The position numbers and the translations under genes are program-made. From the NCBI GenBank assembly GCA_964057225.1, contig OZ059895.1:18166001-18230000 (forward strand): a stretch of 64,000 nucleotides of DNA. Reading direction: 5' to 3'. The notes under the pieces are model-generated. The model had not been told where the DNA came from. It saw nothing but the letters and a program-made list of their open reading frames with translations, and did not search any database. This document shows, one piece after another, positions 1-14,351 of the stretch (position 1 is its first letter; every line of letters starts with the position of its first letter). This stretch comes from Auanema rhodensis. Taxonomy: Eukaryota; Animalia; Nematoda.

Positions 1-484
1 AAAAATTAGCCGCCGTCAGCACAAATTAAGCAAAAAAGGACCTTTTTCTACTTTCATTCCCTGTTAAATTTCAACAAAGTAATCTCGCATCACTAGACCC
101 ATTAATTCAATGTTTAGTTGATGGAAAAATACGGCATTTACGTTGCCCTTATCAATGAACACTACGTCTTGACGCTTCAATTGTCAGACACGGCAATCTT
201 GTAGCTGTAGATGAACTAATGGAAGAGAGGAAAGGTTACGAAGTGCATCCTTGTGAAGCAAACAAACACACAAGTAGAATGTTTGAAAATGCTTTTTTCA
301 CTTTATGAGAGTATAGAACCATAGAGCAAATCAATCCCTATTTCTCATAATGGCTAGAAACTATAAGTATTGGAATCAGAATACAGAATAAGAAGACAAT
401 TGAATACTCAATCCAGAGTCGTTAAACAATCTCAGCTCTCTCTCTCTCCATCTCTCTTAATTCTTCAGATATCTTTTTATTCTG

Positions 485-487
<3 letters not shown>

Positions 488-538
<51 letters not shown>
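488..538. repeat. (TA)n microsatellite
   Basis: Uninterrupted TA dinucleotide run of about 50 bp. Confidence 0.95.
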
Positions 539-543
<5 letters not shown>

Positions 544-1325
544 TAAATTATGTAGTAGTTAACTACACAACTAACTGGTATTACAAACAATATCATGGCA
601 TCATCTGCAACATACAGTCAACACACCATCTCCTTCGCTCACCCCACAACACTTTCATTTCAATCCCCCCTACTATCAGAACATGATGAACTTATTGATT
701 ATGAAACAATCGTCTATTTTGCTAATCAAAATCTATCCAAACGAACATATGACTGGAATCTTTAGCCCTCAGGGGTCACAAAGCCAACTGATGGGATATG
801 AGACACTGCTGGTGATAAAGAGAATCAGAGAGAAAGAGCACAAACGGAAAATACGTTGCTAAAACACCTCATACACTCACTATCATACAGCAGCACCATA
901 GCATACTCGTTCATCGATCTCAACGGTTAAGCAGTGCCAACGTTTATAAACCATCCTGTGGGGTGACAGAAAAAATTTTTTGCTCTCACTTCTTCATACA
1001 GCTACGAAAATTGAAACTTACTTTGTGAATTGGGACATGTCCAAGACGCTTGGTAACAACCTCATTGACTACGTAGAAGGCATCTTCCGAGATTTGTCTC
1101 AGAGACGACTGTCCAGTGTTCTAAAATCAAAAGAATTACTTATTCAAACAACAAGAGATTATTTTCGAAGCGCATTAGCATCGATCAGTTCTAACTTCTC
1201 AACGTAGAAGCTATAGAGGTTAGAAAGAGGTTACAGTTTTACACTCACTAATACTACATACTAGTTAGACATAAGCTATATGTAATATATATTCATATAG
1301 TATAATAGAATAAGAGTAAAACTAC

Positions 1326-1361
1326 CTTGAAAGGAGTGAGAAGATTTGGATCAACAGACAT
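1326..1361 (-). CDS. Possible 5' coding exon (MSVDPNLLTPFK) of a gene continuing leftwards
   Basis: On the minus strand, ATG...TTC AAG|gtagt donor, with upstream cag acceptors (~1390, ~1408) and a GC-box-like stretch at 1430-1480. No downstream exon could be joined and there is no recognisable homology. Confidence 0.25.
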
Positions 1362-4300
1362 TGCGTTATCCTCGAGAAGGAATTGAAGCTGCAATGATTG
1401 TTATTGTCTGATGAAGATAGAACGAGTGAACGACGGGCGGCAAACAAGTCCCGCCTACTGTTAACCCATCCCCCCTCCCTAAACTTCTCCACCTCTCTCT
1501 ATCTCTCTATCTTTGTTTCTCTTACTATATCATGTATCTCGCCATTTTTTTCTATCACCCTCTTTCTTATGTGTTCCTTTTTCTCTCTTTAATCTCTTCT
1601 TTTACTTTATTTCTCTCTCTTTGTATCAAGTTCAAAGAACAACCGACACATTAAACCACAGTCCTTTTCTAGATCAATAATTTTAAAAATATTTCTTTTT
1701 TGTTTTTTTTTTATTTTGTTTTCTTTTCCAATTTTTTTGAAATGTTATTTCATCCAAATCAGATATATCTTGTATCTTGTACATAGATTCTCATCATCTC
1801 TAGAGTTCATTCACAAAATCGAAATCTGAACCCCTTGTCTCAAATTGCAGATCGTTGTATCATTGTCTATTTGTGTTGAAATAAACAGTAAATATTACAA
1901 AAAAGTGGTTAATTATATAAATTATATGAAACATAGCTATACATATAAATAAGTTTCTTGTTCTATCTAATGGTAAAGCTTAATAAGCTTTTTTCAAACA
2001 ACTCACTCAAATAAAAGTAATTTATAATAATATTCTTCTTTTTATTTTTAAATTTAATTAAATAAACAATAAAACATATTGTTTGTTTATACTATGATTT
2101 ATTGAAATCTAATCATATGATCATTCATCTCCCTAGTTGTTTCTTTGAGGTCTTATGTAGTCATGTAGTCAAATGATCAATTGGTTGTTTCCCATACTAT
2201 ATGATAATCATTTTAAAATAAATTTCTTCATTGTTAACTATATACAATGAATCAATATAATGTTTTAAGATAATAAATATAGTAAAAGGTTAATATAACT
2301 GATTATAGATTTGAGTATGTTCAACGAATCATATCGAGGTTAATCCTGTTTACCATGGAGCATTAGCTAGTTCAGAAGCTCGCTGATATGCCAACCTGTG
2401 AGATGCTGTAGTTGAGAAAAAGAGGGGAAAGCATTATTTCATGTGAAAGTTGGGAAATCATCTACATTAGTAAGATAAGATTCTAAATAGTTATGATATG
2501 ATGATGTTTACATTGGAAAATGTAGAGATCTATTTTTGCTACATGTTGTCACTTTTTGGATTGTTTTTCTTTGTGGCATGTTTGATATTATAATAGCAAC
2601 AACTTCTGTTTTAGTTTGAAGAAGATATTAGTTCATAGTACAGGATGATAACAGGTCATCAGCATCGGAATTTGTACTTCAAAATGACTTTAAATGATAT
2701 TTGTTTCAGATAATTTTATATTGAAAATGACGATTATGATGACGATAATGATTTGTGTTTTATATGTGTTGACTGCTGGATAGGATGTTGTACATGCTGG
2801 TCAACACTGTTGATGATATGATATGATGAAGTTCGATATACACATGTTAGGTCTGCTACTATTTCATGTTGAATGTCATACTGGTATAGAAGTGATTTTT
2901 GTGAATGCACACTGAAAGAAAATGAGACTGTACGTTTCGTAGATGGAAAGACAGAGAGAGTAGGGGGAAATAAAGAGGTTGAGGAGAGAGAGAGATAGAG
3001 ATAGAGGTAATGGGTTATAAAAAGACAATGAACGAGAAAAAGATATGTGGTCAAGATGTTATTTGATTCTTCTGTTTGTTTGTTTGATTGGATTGTCACG
3101 CGATTTTGAAAACTGTAAGATTAAATGATTAAAATGAAAAAAGTGAGAGAAAAAGGAAGAAGAGAGAGAGGAGAGAGAGAAAGATTGGTTTTGAGAAAAA
3201 AGATACAGAGAATATCAGTGAAATCAGAAGATGCAAGTAATGTAAAACAGATAAGGAAAACCCCAGGAGGATGACAGTTTGTGAGACCACGTTGTCTAGG
3301 CTTGTAAAAGCTATCAAAATGCTATTTTAACCCATGGCAAATCGACAATTACAAAAGACTATGAAACTTATCGAGATGTGTACAAAAAAAGAAAGAAAGA
3401 GGGAGAGAGAAAGGGAGAGAGAGAGAGAGAGAGAAAGAAAGGGAGAGGCAGAGAGAAAGAAAGAGAGATACAAGGGAATGATGGGGGAGGTTGGCAGCAT
3501 CAAGTGCATATAGTTTTTTCCAGGAAATTCCGCCGGATGGGTTCGATATGGCAATGTCATGGACGAGCCATTTCGTTGACTCGATGCAGATCGTATTGGA
3601 AGACACAAAATCAAGCATCAAATGATCTTTTAATGAAAATATAGTTTTTTCGTGTTTGGATTAGATAATTTCTGGGCGACAATTACAACTTTCTTGTTAG
3701 CTGTACACTTGCACACGTGTGATTGTATATGTAGTTCCTGGTTAATTGTACTACCACTGGATGATAGTTCATGACCTATGTATGCATGTTATGTACAAAG
3801 TTTGAACATTCGAACTTATAGCTTTGTTGTGATTGTCGTTTCAAAAACTATATGTTACTGACTCCTGATTTTATGATCTAATCATACCACTACAGTTGTG
3901 TGAAAAAAAAGAAAAGAAGAATGAAGAGACAGATTGTATGTGTACAGGAAATCTTAAATTGTTCCGAAAATAGGATATGAAGATGAAATGCTTTAGGAGA
4001 TTTGCAGGTATCTATTGAATTTACAAACTATTGTGTGGCAAGTATTTTGATTCATCATATACATTACTTTCTGAACAAAGTACATCCATTGACTTGATAT
4101 CTGAAGATGAAACATGAAATACATATCTAATGATTGTACAATAGAAGATTAGAACATGATGTGAGTAGATACATGAGGCACATCATGATGTATTGGTTTT
4201 TGTGTTTTTTTTTAAATTTGGATTGAAACAATGACATCTCCATTATTTTGCAAATTAACGATAAAAGGGTTCACACATCTCTGAATCTCTCTCTCTCTCC

Positions 4301-5719
4301 CTCTCAATTATTTTCTCTTAATCGATTTTCACCTCAAGGTTGATTCACTCTCAGAATTCTCCTCTCTCTCTCTCTCTCGTACAATTTTCTTTTTTCTCGT
4401 ATAAAAGAATTCATTTCTACTGTTTTCTACAAATTATTCGCTCATCAACTTCGCTCACACATCAGCTTATGTAGCAACCTGATAGCTTTCAGATAAGATT
4501 ATCGGACTTTGTTCTCGTAGTATACTATTAAATAACGTTTTTTTGTACTATTCAGCTGTTCATGATGTATCCCTCTTCACATATGTTCGTCATACTACAT
4601 GTATTTCATTGGAACAGAAGCGAAGCTTTTGGCTATGCATCGTTTTTTGTATTCTGACATACATTGTGCTTTCCTTAACTGAAATCAAATGATACGAAAA
4701 ATAAGTAGTGTCAACGTGCTAAATGCAAAAAAGTTGCATCAGTACCTTTTGGAATGAAGATGGAAAAAAACTGAATAAACCTGTTGGATGTGTATGTGTG
4801 TAGTGTGTTGTGGCCGTGCCACACGTAAACAGACTTCGAACAATATCATCGTCATCATCATCATCATCACTAGCATCACCAGCTCAAAGAATAGTATCTC
4901 CCATCTCCTCTCTCCCACCGTTTCAACTTTCTTCGATATTCGTCGACGTGTTTTCATTTCGTTGACGTCCAGATGCTGATGCTAATGATGTCATCTATGA
5001 AAGCAAAAGATATCAAAGAAAAGCATAAATTAGAAGAGAGTAGTAGGAAGTTTGATCGAGGGGGAGGGGGTCTATTCTTCATGATGATTTTCTCTCTTAC
5101 TCTCTATCAATTCTCTACATCATTTTGTTATGTATTTTGTATTCTTTTACAAGACCAGAAGAAGTGGGGGAATTCCCCCGACTATAAAGATCGGTTGTTC
5201 AAACTGATCTTATTGTAATCAGTAATGAACACATCTCCGCTTTTCGGGTCAGGCCACCTTAACATTGGGTCAATAATCATAAAACTTTTTCATATTCAAA
5301 ATTTGTATTTGATTAATGCTTATGCTTTAGCTTTAGAAGTCAGTAAACTATATAAACATGAGAAAATCCAATAATTTAAAATTTTTCAAATTATTATTAA
5401 TAAAAATCAAAAAAAAATCGGAGAACTTCTTTTTTTTAAAATTGTATTAGAGTATATTAATTTGTAATTTTTACACATAAAACTGATCAGCGATTATTGA
5501 TCAAAAATAGATAGACAGTCCTGCAACTATTTATAGAGTATCATCTATAATTGGTTATTAGGTATAAACATTAAATTGTAAAAATTTTATAATTATATTT
5601 AACTATATATTATACTTTATAAAGAATATACTTATATTATTTAAAAAATTAATTAAACAAAGGACAATATGAGTAAAAACATATTTATTTTTATATAAAT
5701 AAGAAAAAAAATTAATGAT

Positions 5720-7445
5720 TTAAGCATCAATTGAAACCCCGTCAGCAATAATTGAAGGAGTTGTCCTCTGAAAGTATAATATAAATTTATTATAATAAAT
5801 AATATTTATAATATATATATATATATATATATAATTTTGTAGTATATTATCATAAATTTGTAGATGTTAAATTCTTACTTCTGCACTCGTTTTTTGCCAA
5901 TGATCTTTAGCTGAAGCATACTTGCGACATCGCATCACTACATAGATGGCTAGTCCTTGTGCAGCTGTGAAGAGTATCTGAAGATGTATGGTTGATGTAA
6001 ATATTTTAAATAGCTGTATATAAATAGATTAAGCTTTATCAATAAATAGAACATTATATGAAATCATGTAGAAGATAGAGTTATTACAATATAATTGAAG
6101 AAGCTATACCTGAAACAGCGTCCAGCTGATATCATAGCGAATATTTCCGAAAATATTTCGATGAATATCCATTATAACAGCAACAACAGTTAAAACAGTG
6201 AAAACACAGTTCAGAATGAAATTTGTTAAATAGAATACGAGAAATGGTCTGGAAATAATATAATTAATAACGTTTTTATGTTCAAAAATAGAACTAAATG
6301 CAACATAATGAGTGTCAAAAGTACAGAAATGAAACTCGAAATGCTTTCACGTAGTCTTACGTAAAGCCACGTGATATTAAGTACGTGAGAATATGCTAAT
6401 TATATGTATCGTAAAAAAAAGCTTTTCTATCATCATCTTTGTTATGTATTGCTATTTCAAACTTTTGAAGCATATGATATGTATATTTTTAATTTTTTTT
6501 TAATTTGGTGAAGAAGTTAAAGTGATTTTGAAGAACAAAAGGTATTTTGATTTGTGAAAAAATTATTTTTCATACTTTCATTTGTTATGTATGCGAATGA
6601 ATAACATTTAAGAGCAAAAAAAATTTTAAAAAAACATACGTAAACAGTTTTTTGTTATTTTTTCGAATACCGAGGAAAAGTAGGACATGGCATGGCAAGC
6701 CAACAATGAAAGCAAATACGAGATCACCTGAAACATTTTATAATTGCATAATTTTAAATTATATACCCAGTTATATAGTTTAATTAAGTATTATATTAAT
6801 TAAACTCACATAATTCCAATTGGTCAATAAATGGATTTCTTCCCAGCCCTCGATTGTGATAGAATGTATACGTAATACAGTACGAGATGGTTATAGCAAA
6901 TCCAATAGCACAGGCAAGATATGCCCCGAGCTAAATGGTCAAATTCGACTGGTCATTAGGTTGGAAATAAGTTTTTAGATTGAATATGAAATTACAGAAA
7001 TTGTTTTTTTCGTGCAGAGAATCAGTTATTTATTATCATGTTATAAGTATTATATCTCTCAAGTTATCTTTTGTTTTTTCATATTATGTACACACCTTAA
7101 CATGAACATTTGTTTTGAAAAGTCGAAATTGGCCATCATTTTCACGAAAAGTTACAATATCGGTTCCATCAATTCTGAAATATGAATGACGATGACGACA
7201 CATCAGGTTACATCATCATCGGTCAACAACATCTTCTTGACATACTTGGTTTCAAACTGAGAGTAATCAACATCCTCTTCATGAATTATATTTTTGACAA
7301 ATCGTTTAGCATTATTAATTTCTGAAATTGATTTCCGGTCAAAAAACTAGGAAAAAAAGAGATGAAAGAAAATTTTTTAAAAGTTAAGAAGAAAAAGAAA
7401 AAAATAATCACCAGGTCTATCCAAACATCTTTTAAAAAAGGACAT
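5720..7445 (-). CDS. Four-transmembrane nematode protein (LAPTM/DUF7027-like), 8 exons
   Basis: GT-AG exons join in frame: MSFFKRCLDRP|EINNAKRFVKNIIHEEDVDYSQFETK|IDGTDIVTFRENDGQFRLFKTNVHVK|LGAYLACAIGFAITISYCITYTFYHNRGLGRNPFIDQLELC|DLVFAFIVGLPCHVLLFLGIRKNNKKLFT|PFLVFYLTNFILNCVFTVLTVVAVIMDIHRNIFGNIRYDISWTLFQ|ILFTAAQGLAIYVVMRCRKYASAKDHWQKTSAE|RTTPSIIADGVSIDA*. There are four hydrophobic segments and an HVKxG motif before TM1. The gene structure is solid; the family call is tentative. Confidence 0.8.
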
Positions 7446-8126
7446 GAGAAATGCTTCTGAAATGAGATAAATCAAAAATTTTATAAGCTTTTTTTGTTCA
7501 TAGAATAAAAATAAAAGACGATTTAATAGATGAAAGACGAAATAAACTGAAAATCAATTGAATACATGTGGGTAAGGGACTAAGAGATCAACGCTATAAG
7601 TTATAGATTGAAGAAAAACCGGCTGTTTATGAGAAAAATTAAATTAAAAAACAGATTGTAAGAGTTTGATGAAGAAGGTTTGCGGAATTTCTTCATCTCT
7701 AATGCGTTATATTGAACATGTGTCGTTGTCGGGCAACTCAGGTATACAAGATAGGCATGCGTGAGGAAGAACAGCATGGTGATGCGTGTAATGCGACAAC
7801 TCGACTGCGCTAAAACTTGGAGTGATTGATTAAGCTGAATGTTTATACTGAGAAAGAAAACAAATATCAGATAAACTGTTCAGATGCAAAAAACACGTTT
7901 ACACGTGTACACGTTTTCCTTATGATATTGCTGTGGGCAAAAACAGCAATATCTTCATTAGTCACCAGGATGGCGTCTGTCCTCGTTGGCGACGTCTGCG
8001 CTGCTTGACGATGGCTGGCGCTGTCCTCTCAGAAGGTCGATGAGTTTGAAGAACGTACAATCAGAAAGGATTACAAATTGAATTCCCTGGTAGTTGTTCG
8101 AGGTAAAGACGATATACTAGGTCCCA

Positions 8127-8129
<3 letters not shown>

Positions 8130-8187
<58 letters not shown>
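8130..8187. repeat. (GA)n microsatellite
   Basis: Pure GA run of about 58 bp. Confidence 0.95.
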
Positions 8188-8191
<4 letters not shown>

Positions 8192-9067
8192 AAGAAAGGA
8201 AAACGAGGAAGAAACGATGGTTGTATCTCGAGACGACGGTCAAATGGATTACGACCACAGATGGACGAATAAGAATGTAGAAGAGGCAGTCTGACGTTTA
8301 CAAAGATATGGTTTTCTTTTAGTGATGCTAATAGAATCGACGACGATTTAAGAATGCAACCTCGCGCTTTGTTCATTTTCAAAGTTCCGGAGAGAGGACA
8401 GTTCAAGTACGCAGAAGCAGTGGTCAAAAGATGGAACTCTACGATTGTTTGTTCCAGGTTTTTCTTGCATACAAGAAGTCTTGCCTATCGTCACTACTGC
8501 ATGTATGTCGCTGTCCTGGATGTCGATGTAGCGATCATCGTTTCTCGTCTTGTTTTGCTTCATTCAAACCCTAGTATAGTTTCACTCTTACCTTCAGATC
8601 TTTTCATCCCTCCTTAAAACCTGGCGTGTATTCTGAAGCTTTACTGCCAAGTCTTCAACAAAACGAGAATCCAAGACGAGGTATAAAAACACATTTCATC
8701 GAAAATCCATCTGAAGCTATACTGCTTCTCATCCTGTTCGTATATTGGCGTTGTCGTTGTTTGGTTGTCAACGATTATATTTAATATAGAAGAAAAGCTA
8801 TAACAATTCAAAGACAATCTATAACTAAAATTACTGAAATATGGAAAAACAGTAATAAGACTCTGTGAATTATGAAACGTGTTCTAAAGCTAACGGATAA
8901 TGATGGGAGAACGGGGGGAATACCGAAAATAGCCAACTCATGTGTGTAGAAAAGGCGGATTTAGTGGAATGGTAGAAATGTGATTTATACATCAGGGTAT
9001 GAACGTTAACACAGAAAGACAGAGAAAGAGAGAGAGAGGGAGAGAAAAAGAGAGGAAGAAAGAGAGG

Positions 9068-9099
<32 letters not shown>

Positions 9100-12000
9100 G
9101 AGGAAGAGATTGAGGGAGAGAGAGAAATTATAAAAATCTGAAAAGAAACTTCGCTCTGATATGTGCAGAAAACTAAAACTATGTAAAGTTATTTCGGTAG
9201 ACACCTGCTTGGCCAGAATACAATTGAGAAAGAAAACAACGAATGAAAGATAAATCCATAAAGTGTTTGATAAACAGCTTGACTGTAATTGTACGATCAG
9301 ACATCATTTCAATTATAAATACATTAGTTCGAAGAGGAAAGAAAGTTCGTTTTATACCAGGAAATGAAAGTCTGGAAGAAGATTGCGAAGCAAAGCAGTA
9401 ACGAGAAACGGAAATGCTGCAAATGATTCAGAATAGAAAATCAAAATATCCACGAAATATTATTTGATTTCGACATATGAAGACAGTAAAAGCGACGTAG
9501 GTGAGATGAAACGAACAAATTGAAAAGTAATATGAAATATTATTGCTAAACTAGTCTGTTCATTCACGGTTTATATGCATAGGTTTGAAATAAAAAGATT
9601 TTCATGTTGCCATATCCCTCAGGGCATTTGCTGTTGATCAAACAGAACTAAATAGGTAAGCACTGGCAAAGCAGCAGATTGGAATGTTTTCAAATACATT
9701 GAAGTAGAGGACTAAGACGGATTATACAGTGACCGAAGCGATCTAGCAAACATTCAACAATTTTTTTTGAATAGTTAGAGATACATAGAATTATATTAAT
9801 TAGCGATGCAAAATGATTTAATATATTAACCGATTAAATGATCAAAATATCAATAACTTTGAAATACTTATAGATATGGGAGAATTTGAAGGAGGAGAAA
9901 GAGTTGGAGAACTTCATAGGAAACTACTAGAACTAGAGATTTAGATTAGAAGACATAGATGATGGAATGTTGGGAGGGTCAAGGAATACAATGTCGTCGC
10001 ATACATAACACAATCACTTCCAACAGAAGATGTCTGACGACGTAGAAGGCGAAGGAAAAGACGACATCAACCACGATGACCACACCAGTGAGAACGTTGA
10101 TGTTCGAGGAAGAAAACGAGAACCGTATTCAGAGTGAGATAAGAGAGAGAGGAAGAAGGCGACATAGAAAAGGAAAAGAAATACGATAGGAGAGAGAGAG
10201 AGGGAATATAAAATGGGTCAGAGACAGGATGGGCCAATAAAGGCTGCTGGTCTGTTCGAGACCATTTGTGATGTAGAAGAACGATGTACCTACCTGTTTA
10301 TCCACCTTCCAACAATATTTCCTTCAATTTTCTTCTAAAGATAGCAGGTCAAATCTATGCGCTATGCATGGATAGTATAGTTAATACAACTGTATAATAC
10401 GACTTCGCAAGCTACAGCACTTATGCTTGAGATTGAATCGGATAGATAGGGCTAGCGATCGCCAACATTTATCATGTGTCTGTACCAAATGTACAGACTC
10501 TCCAATGACTTCCCTTTCACGGTCAAAAAACACTGACTGAAAAACAGTTTCATTTTCTTATATCCGTGAATTAACTGATAACGTTGAGAAATCACTATCA
10601 GCCTAACTAATTGTCAACAACCGTGACAGCCGGTTGTATATGTGTGTGTGTGTCGATGTGTATATGTCACATTGTATTTCAATCTAATAGCAAAAATATT
10701 TTTTTTTCAAACTATTAGTTCAATGTACACTGTCCATTTCATCATTATCAGTCATAATGCAACAAAAATCCTGAATATAGAGACATATGTTGTATGGTTG
10801 ATGCGATTAAATACATGAAAATTTACGAATTTTCTTCTAGGAATAGAAAAAAATAAGAAAAAAGTCTATTCTATTGGAATGATGATTACATTCATATACG
10901 TAAAGGTATGACAAATAGAAATAAATTCAATATGGACAGTTGAGCTGGAAGAAATTAGAAAGAAAGGCGAAATGAGAAAAAAGGAAAAAATATGAAAATT
11001 ATATGTGGTATTTCCCCACTCATTCACCTAACCTCTTACAGGACGACGACGACGACAACATGGAAGGACCTTGATGATGTTCCTTGGCTATGAATGATCA
11101 TATAATCCTTTGTTCTTTATCTTTCTTCCGCACACGACCTAGAACAGGTGAAGCTGAACCGGTGCTGGATATAATTTAAGCCTCTTGATATGATCATCTT
11201 CATCTTGTCATCAATCGTTAAAGCATAAGGTATTTGCTACTTTCTATCTCTTAACATGATGTTGATACTACAAATCAGATGAGAGTATATGTAAGAATAC
11301 TTTGAACACAACCGCTTCTGACTAATGTCTGCGAATAAAATGAAAATTTCATAGATGAACTAATTAACATAACCCTCACGTGCTATTTTTCATATGTCTT
11401 ATACACAGATCAGGCCAATACCAATTGATCACATGTTACTATTACAGCCCGGTAGAACATTCTGTGTGTGGACCACTTGTTCAATAGTAATAAATGACAG
11501 TATAAAGTAATTGTTCAACAAAAAAGAATTTAATATATAAATTTATATAATATAATCAATATTATAATATTAAATCATCAAGACTTGTTTCCGGTATATC
11601 ATCAATAAATTTACTCATCAACACTTATAAACATGAGTACCGTACCTTTTATCCGGGAGAACTTTGCTTAGAATTGCTCTACTGATTACCATTAATTTTC
11701 CCGCCATATCCTCCAAATACAAACTATTTTGTGAGTATTTAACTCATACATTCTTCTTGATGAAATAAATCAGTATAATCTTTAATCTAATAATAATTAT
11801 TATATTTTAAAATGTTTATTTACTATGTATTTATATGTTTATATTATTTATATATTCTTTGACTCTTGTCTTGAAATAATATTCAAAAGCGAAATAGTTA
11901 AGTATTCTCTTAGTATTAGAAATATTTATATAGCGATATTCAATTATTAGCTAATCTTTTTTTCTTGACAATAGTCTGTCCAGACTATTGTCATCATTAA

Positions 12001-12554
12001 CTTACAGCAATTTACAGGAAAAGTATTCTATTACTATTCACACAAAACTTTGTAATATTTCGTTTTTTCTATCAATATAACTAATTTTCTTTTGTTAATT
12101 TTTTTGTGTTTTCTTTTCTTTAATAGATTGTTTTTCTCTGATGTTTTTTTTTGATTTATGAACGTTTTGCCAGCAACAGTTGTATCTCTTTGGTATACAT
12201 GATCTATACACAGTTAAAATTATGAGTTTCTTTGTTTGAAATGAATGTGGATGCTATTAACATTATAAAAATATTAATATATATATTTATTTATTTATTC
12301 TTATTTTTTTCTGAAAGCCCACTGAGATAACTATATATTTTATTCTCCTGGCTGGAAAAATAATTAGAAAACTATTACTCCATCATGTTATTGCCGCACC
12401 GCATTTCTTCTGAAACGTCTTTATAGTTATATAATAGTTAAGGATTGATTTTTCGATTAGTTCTCTTGTTCTTTTTGTTCCTTTTGTTAGTATAAGTTTC
12501 CATGTGATCATTATGTTTTCCTTATATTATTCTTGTTTAGTTTAACTATCCATT

Positions 12555-13475
12555 ATGAGCCTTGCTGATTGTTCGACAGCTAGTGCCGATCTGACTGGAT
12601 CTCCAAAACAGTTTATGACCAAAGCAGGTATTTCATGTAGTTTTAATTATATTTGTTAAATTTTAATATGATTTAAGCTTCTAATGCTTTCTCGGCAGCT
12701 GCTCTATCTGTTAAAGCTCAGAAGAAGTTAGCTTCTAAGCTTGCTAACAGGTCAGTGCTTGGCGAAAGTTTTATTTACCAACTAGTGTTATAGAACAGTT
12801 ACAAGATTATTCATTTCTGATGCCACTAATCGTTTGTTGGACGACCTTTCTAATGTTCTGAAAGAAGTATTTCCTAAGAAAGATGCTGAAAAGGTCTTCA
12901 CTACCTACTTTGCATTGTTAATGTCAAAACAATTTTTCAGGTTGTGAAGAACATTATCAAATTAGCTGTAAAGATTGGAGTGTTAGCTCAGAACAATATT
13001 CTTAGCCCCGATGAGATTAATCAGCTTTTCGTTGTTCAAAAGCACTTACATTCATTAGCATTGGCTGTTATTTCTTTCCAAAAGGTTTGATTTAGTTTCT
13101 ATTTGATAATTTTTGTTTCATTTTATTCATTGTCAGGTAGCTTATTCTTATGAAAGATCCTATTTCCTACAGTCCATGAATAATCTTAAGCAATCACTGG
13201 CACCATTGGCAAGTTTTCTTTTTTTGATGAAATCCTTGAAATCTTGTTTTTCTTAAGGTGGATGTTAACCTTTCGGACAAATCATCGAAAAGACTGGATC
13301 ATGTATTCGATCATTTAACTAACATGACCTTCTGTGATAGCCTTTTCAAGGTTTATTTCTCTGTTTAAAAGAATATTTAAATATTTACTATTTATAGGTT
13401 AATGGGCCTTATGAAGAGCAATTAACTAGAATTATCAGTGATTTGGAATGCCTGCTCGACGAGAAAAGCTTATAA
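12555..13475 (+). CDS. TNFAIP8: TNFAIP8/TIPE family lipid-transfer protein, 7 exons
   Basis: The spliced translation contains FSAAALSVKAQKKLASK, RLLDDLSNVLKE, KKDAEKVVKNIIKLAVKIGVL, VISFQKVAYSYER, LSDKSSKRLDHVFDHL and a C-terminal DLECLLDEKSL*. These match the TIPE homology domain pattern. A tttag acceptor lies 14 nt before the ATG. Confidence 0.92.
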
Positions 13476-14351
13476 ATAAGAACTTTCAAGTATACTATAA
13501 CTTCTAACATTTCTTCAAAATTATTGTTTTATTTGATGTAATCACAAATCAAAGTGCTTTGTGTAGGCAAGCTAAAAAGTTTGTTTCATTCTATGTATAT
13601 TTGTTGTGTCATGCTGCATGAAGCTAGTACGAGTATCATCATCGTTAAGTCATGGAAATTTGCTATTCTTAGTTAATATGCTAAACTATTACTTGCTCTG
13701 CACTATGTTAGGCTGTTATTTTTAGCTGTTTTTATGCCTTAAGATGTATATGTATTCGTTAGTAAAACATTTCTTGAACTTCTAGTCAAGTTGTTGAGAA
13801 TCACGATAGATTTTATTCTTCCAATCAAACATGATGACATCATTCAGAGTTTAAAAAGAGCTTAAATCGGCAATCAATTCACATTCGTTGAACCATCGAT
13901 CTTGAATCTTGTTGATAGCACAGATATTTATGGATTTTCATCTGCTTCATGATTTGATGATCGTTAATCAAGATATTTTATGACTTTGAGCAACAGGCTG
14001 TATCTATATAATGTGATAAGCAGTACTTCTTTTTGGGAAATTCTATACTGGCAAAGAAGCTAATCAATTCTACTTATTAGGATTTACCTATTGTTTTTCT
14101 AATTTTCTTACATGTTTCAAGCCTATCTTGTATATAAATTTTATTTAAAGCCAAAAATTTTAAGAACCGCAAGGCCTATTCGTTTACAATTCCATAAATC
14201 ATTGACGGCAACGCTGTTGGCCAAATTACCTTAAAGGGTTACAAATCAACATTTTCATCTATCTGAACATTTTCTTCGATCTTTTATCTAAAACATTACA
14301 ATACTGAAACACTTTTGAACGAATATATTATATAATAATTTTTTCAGTCTC

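Noticed and set aside
2734-9204. Leu/Ser/Phe-rich or Arg/Glu-rich ORFs here and at 23052-23342, 27884-28150, 42970-43284 and 52062-52410
   Set aside because: They are products of GA/TC microsatellite-like purine tracts, with no splice or domain support.
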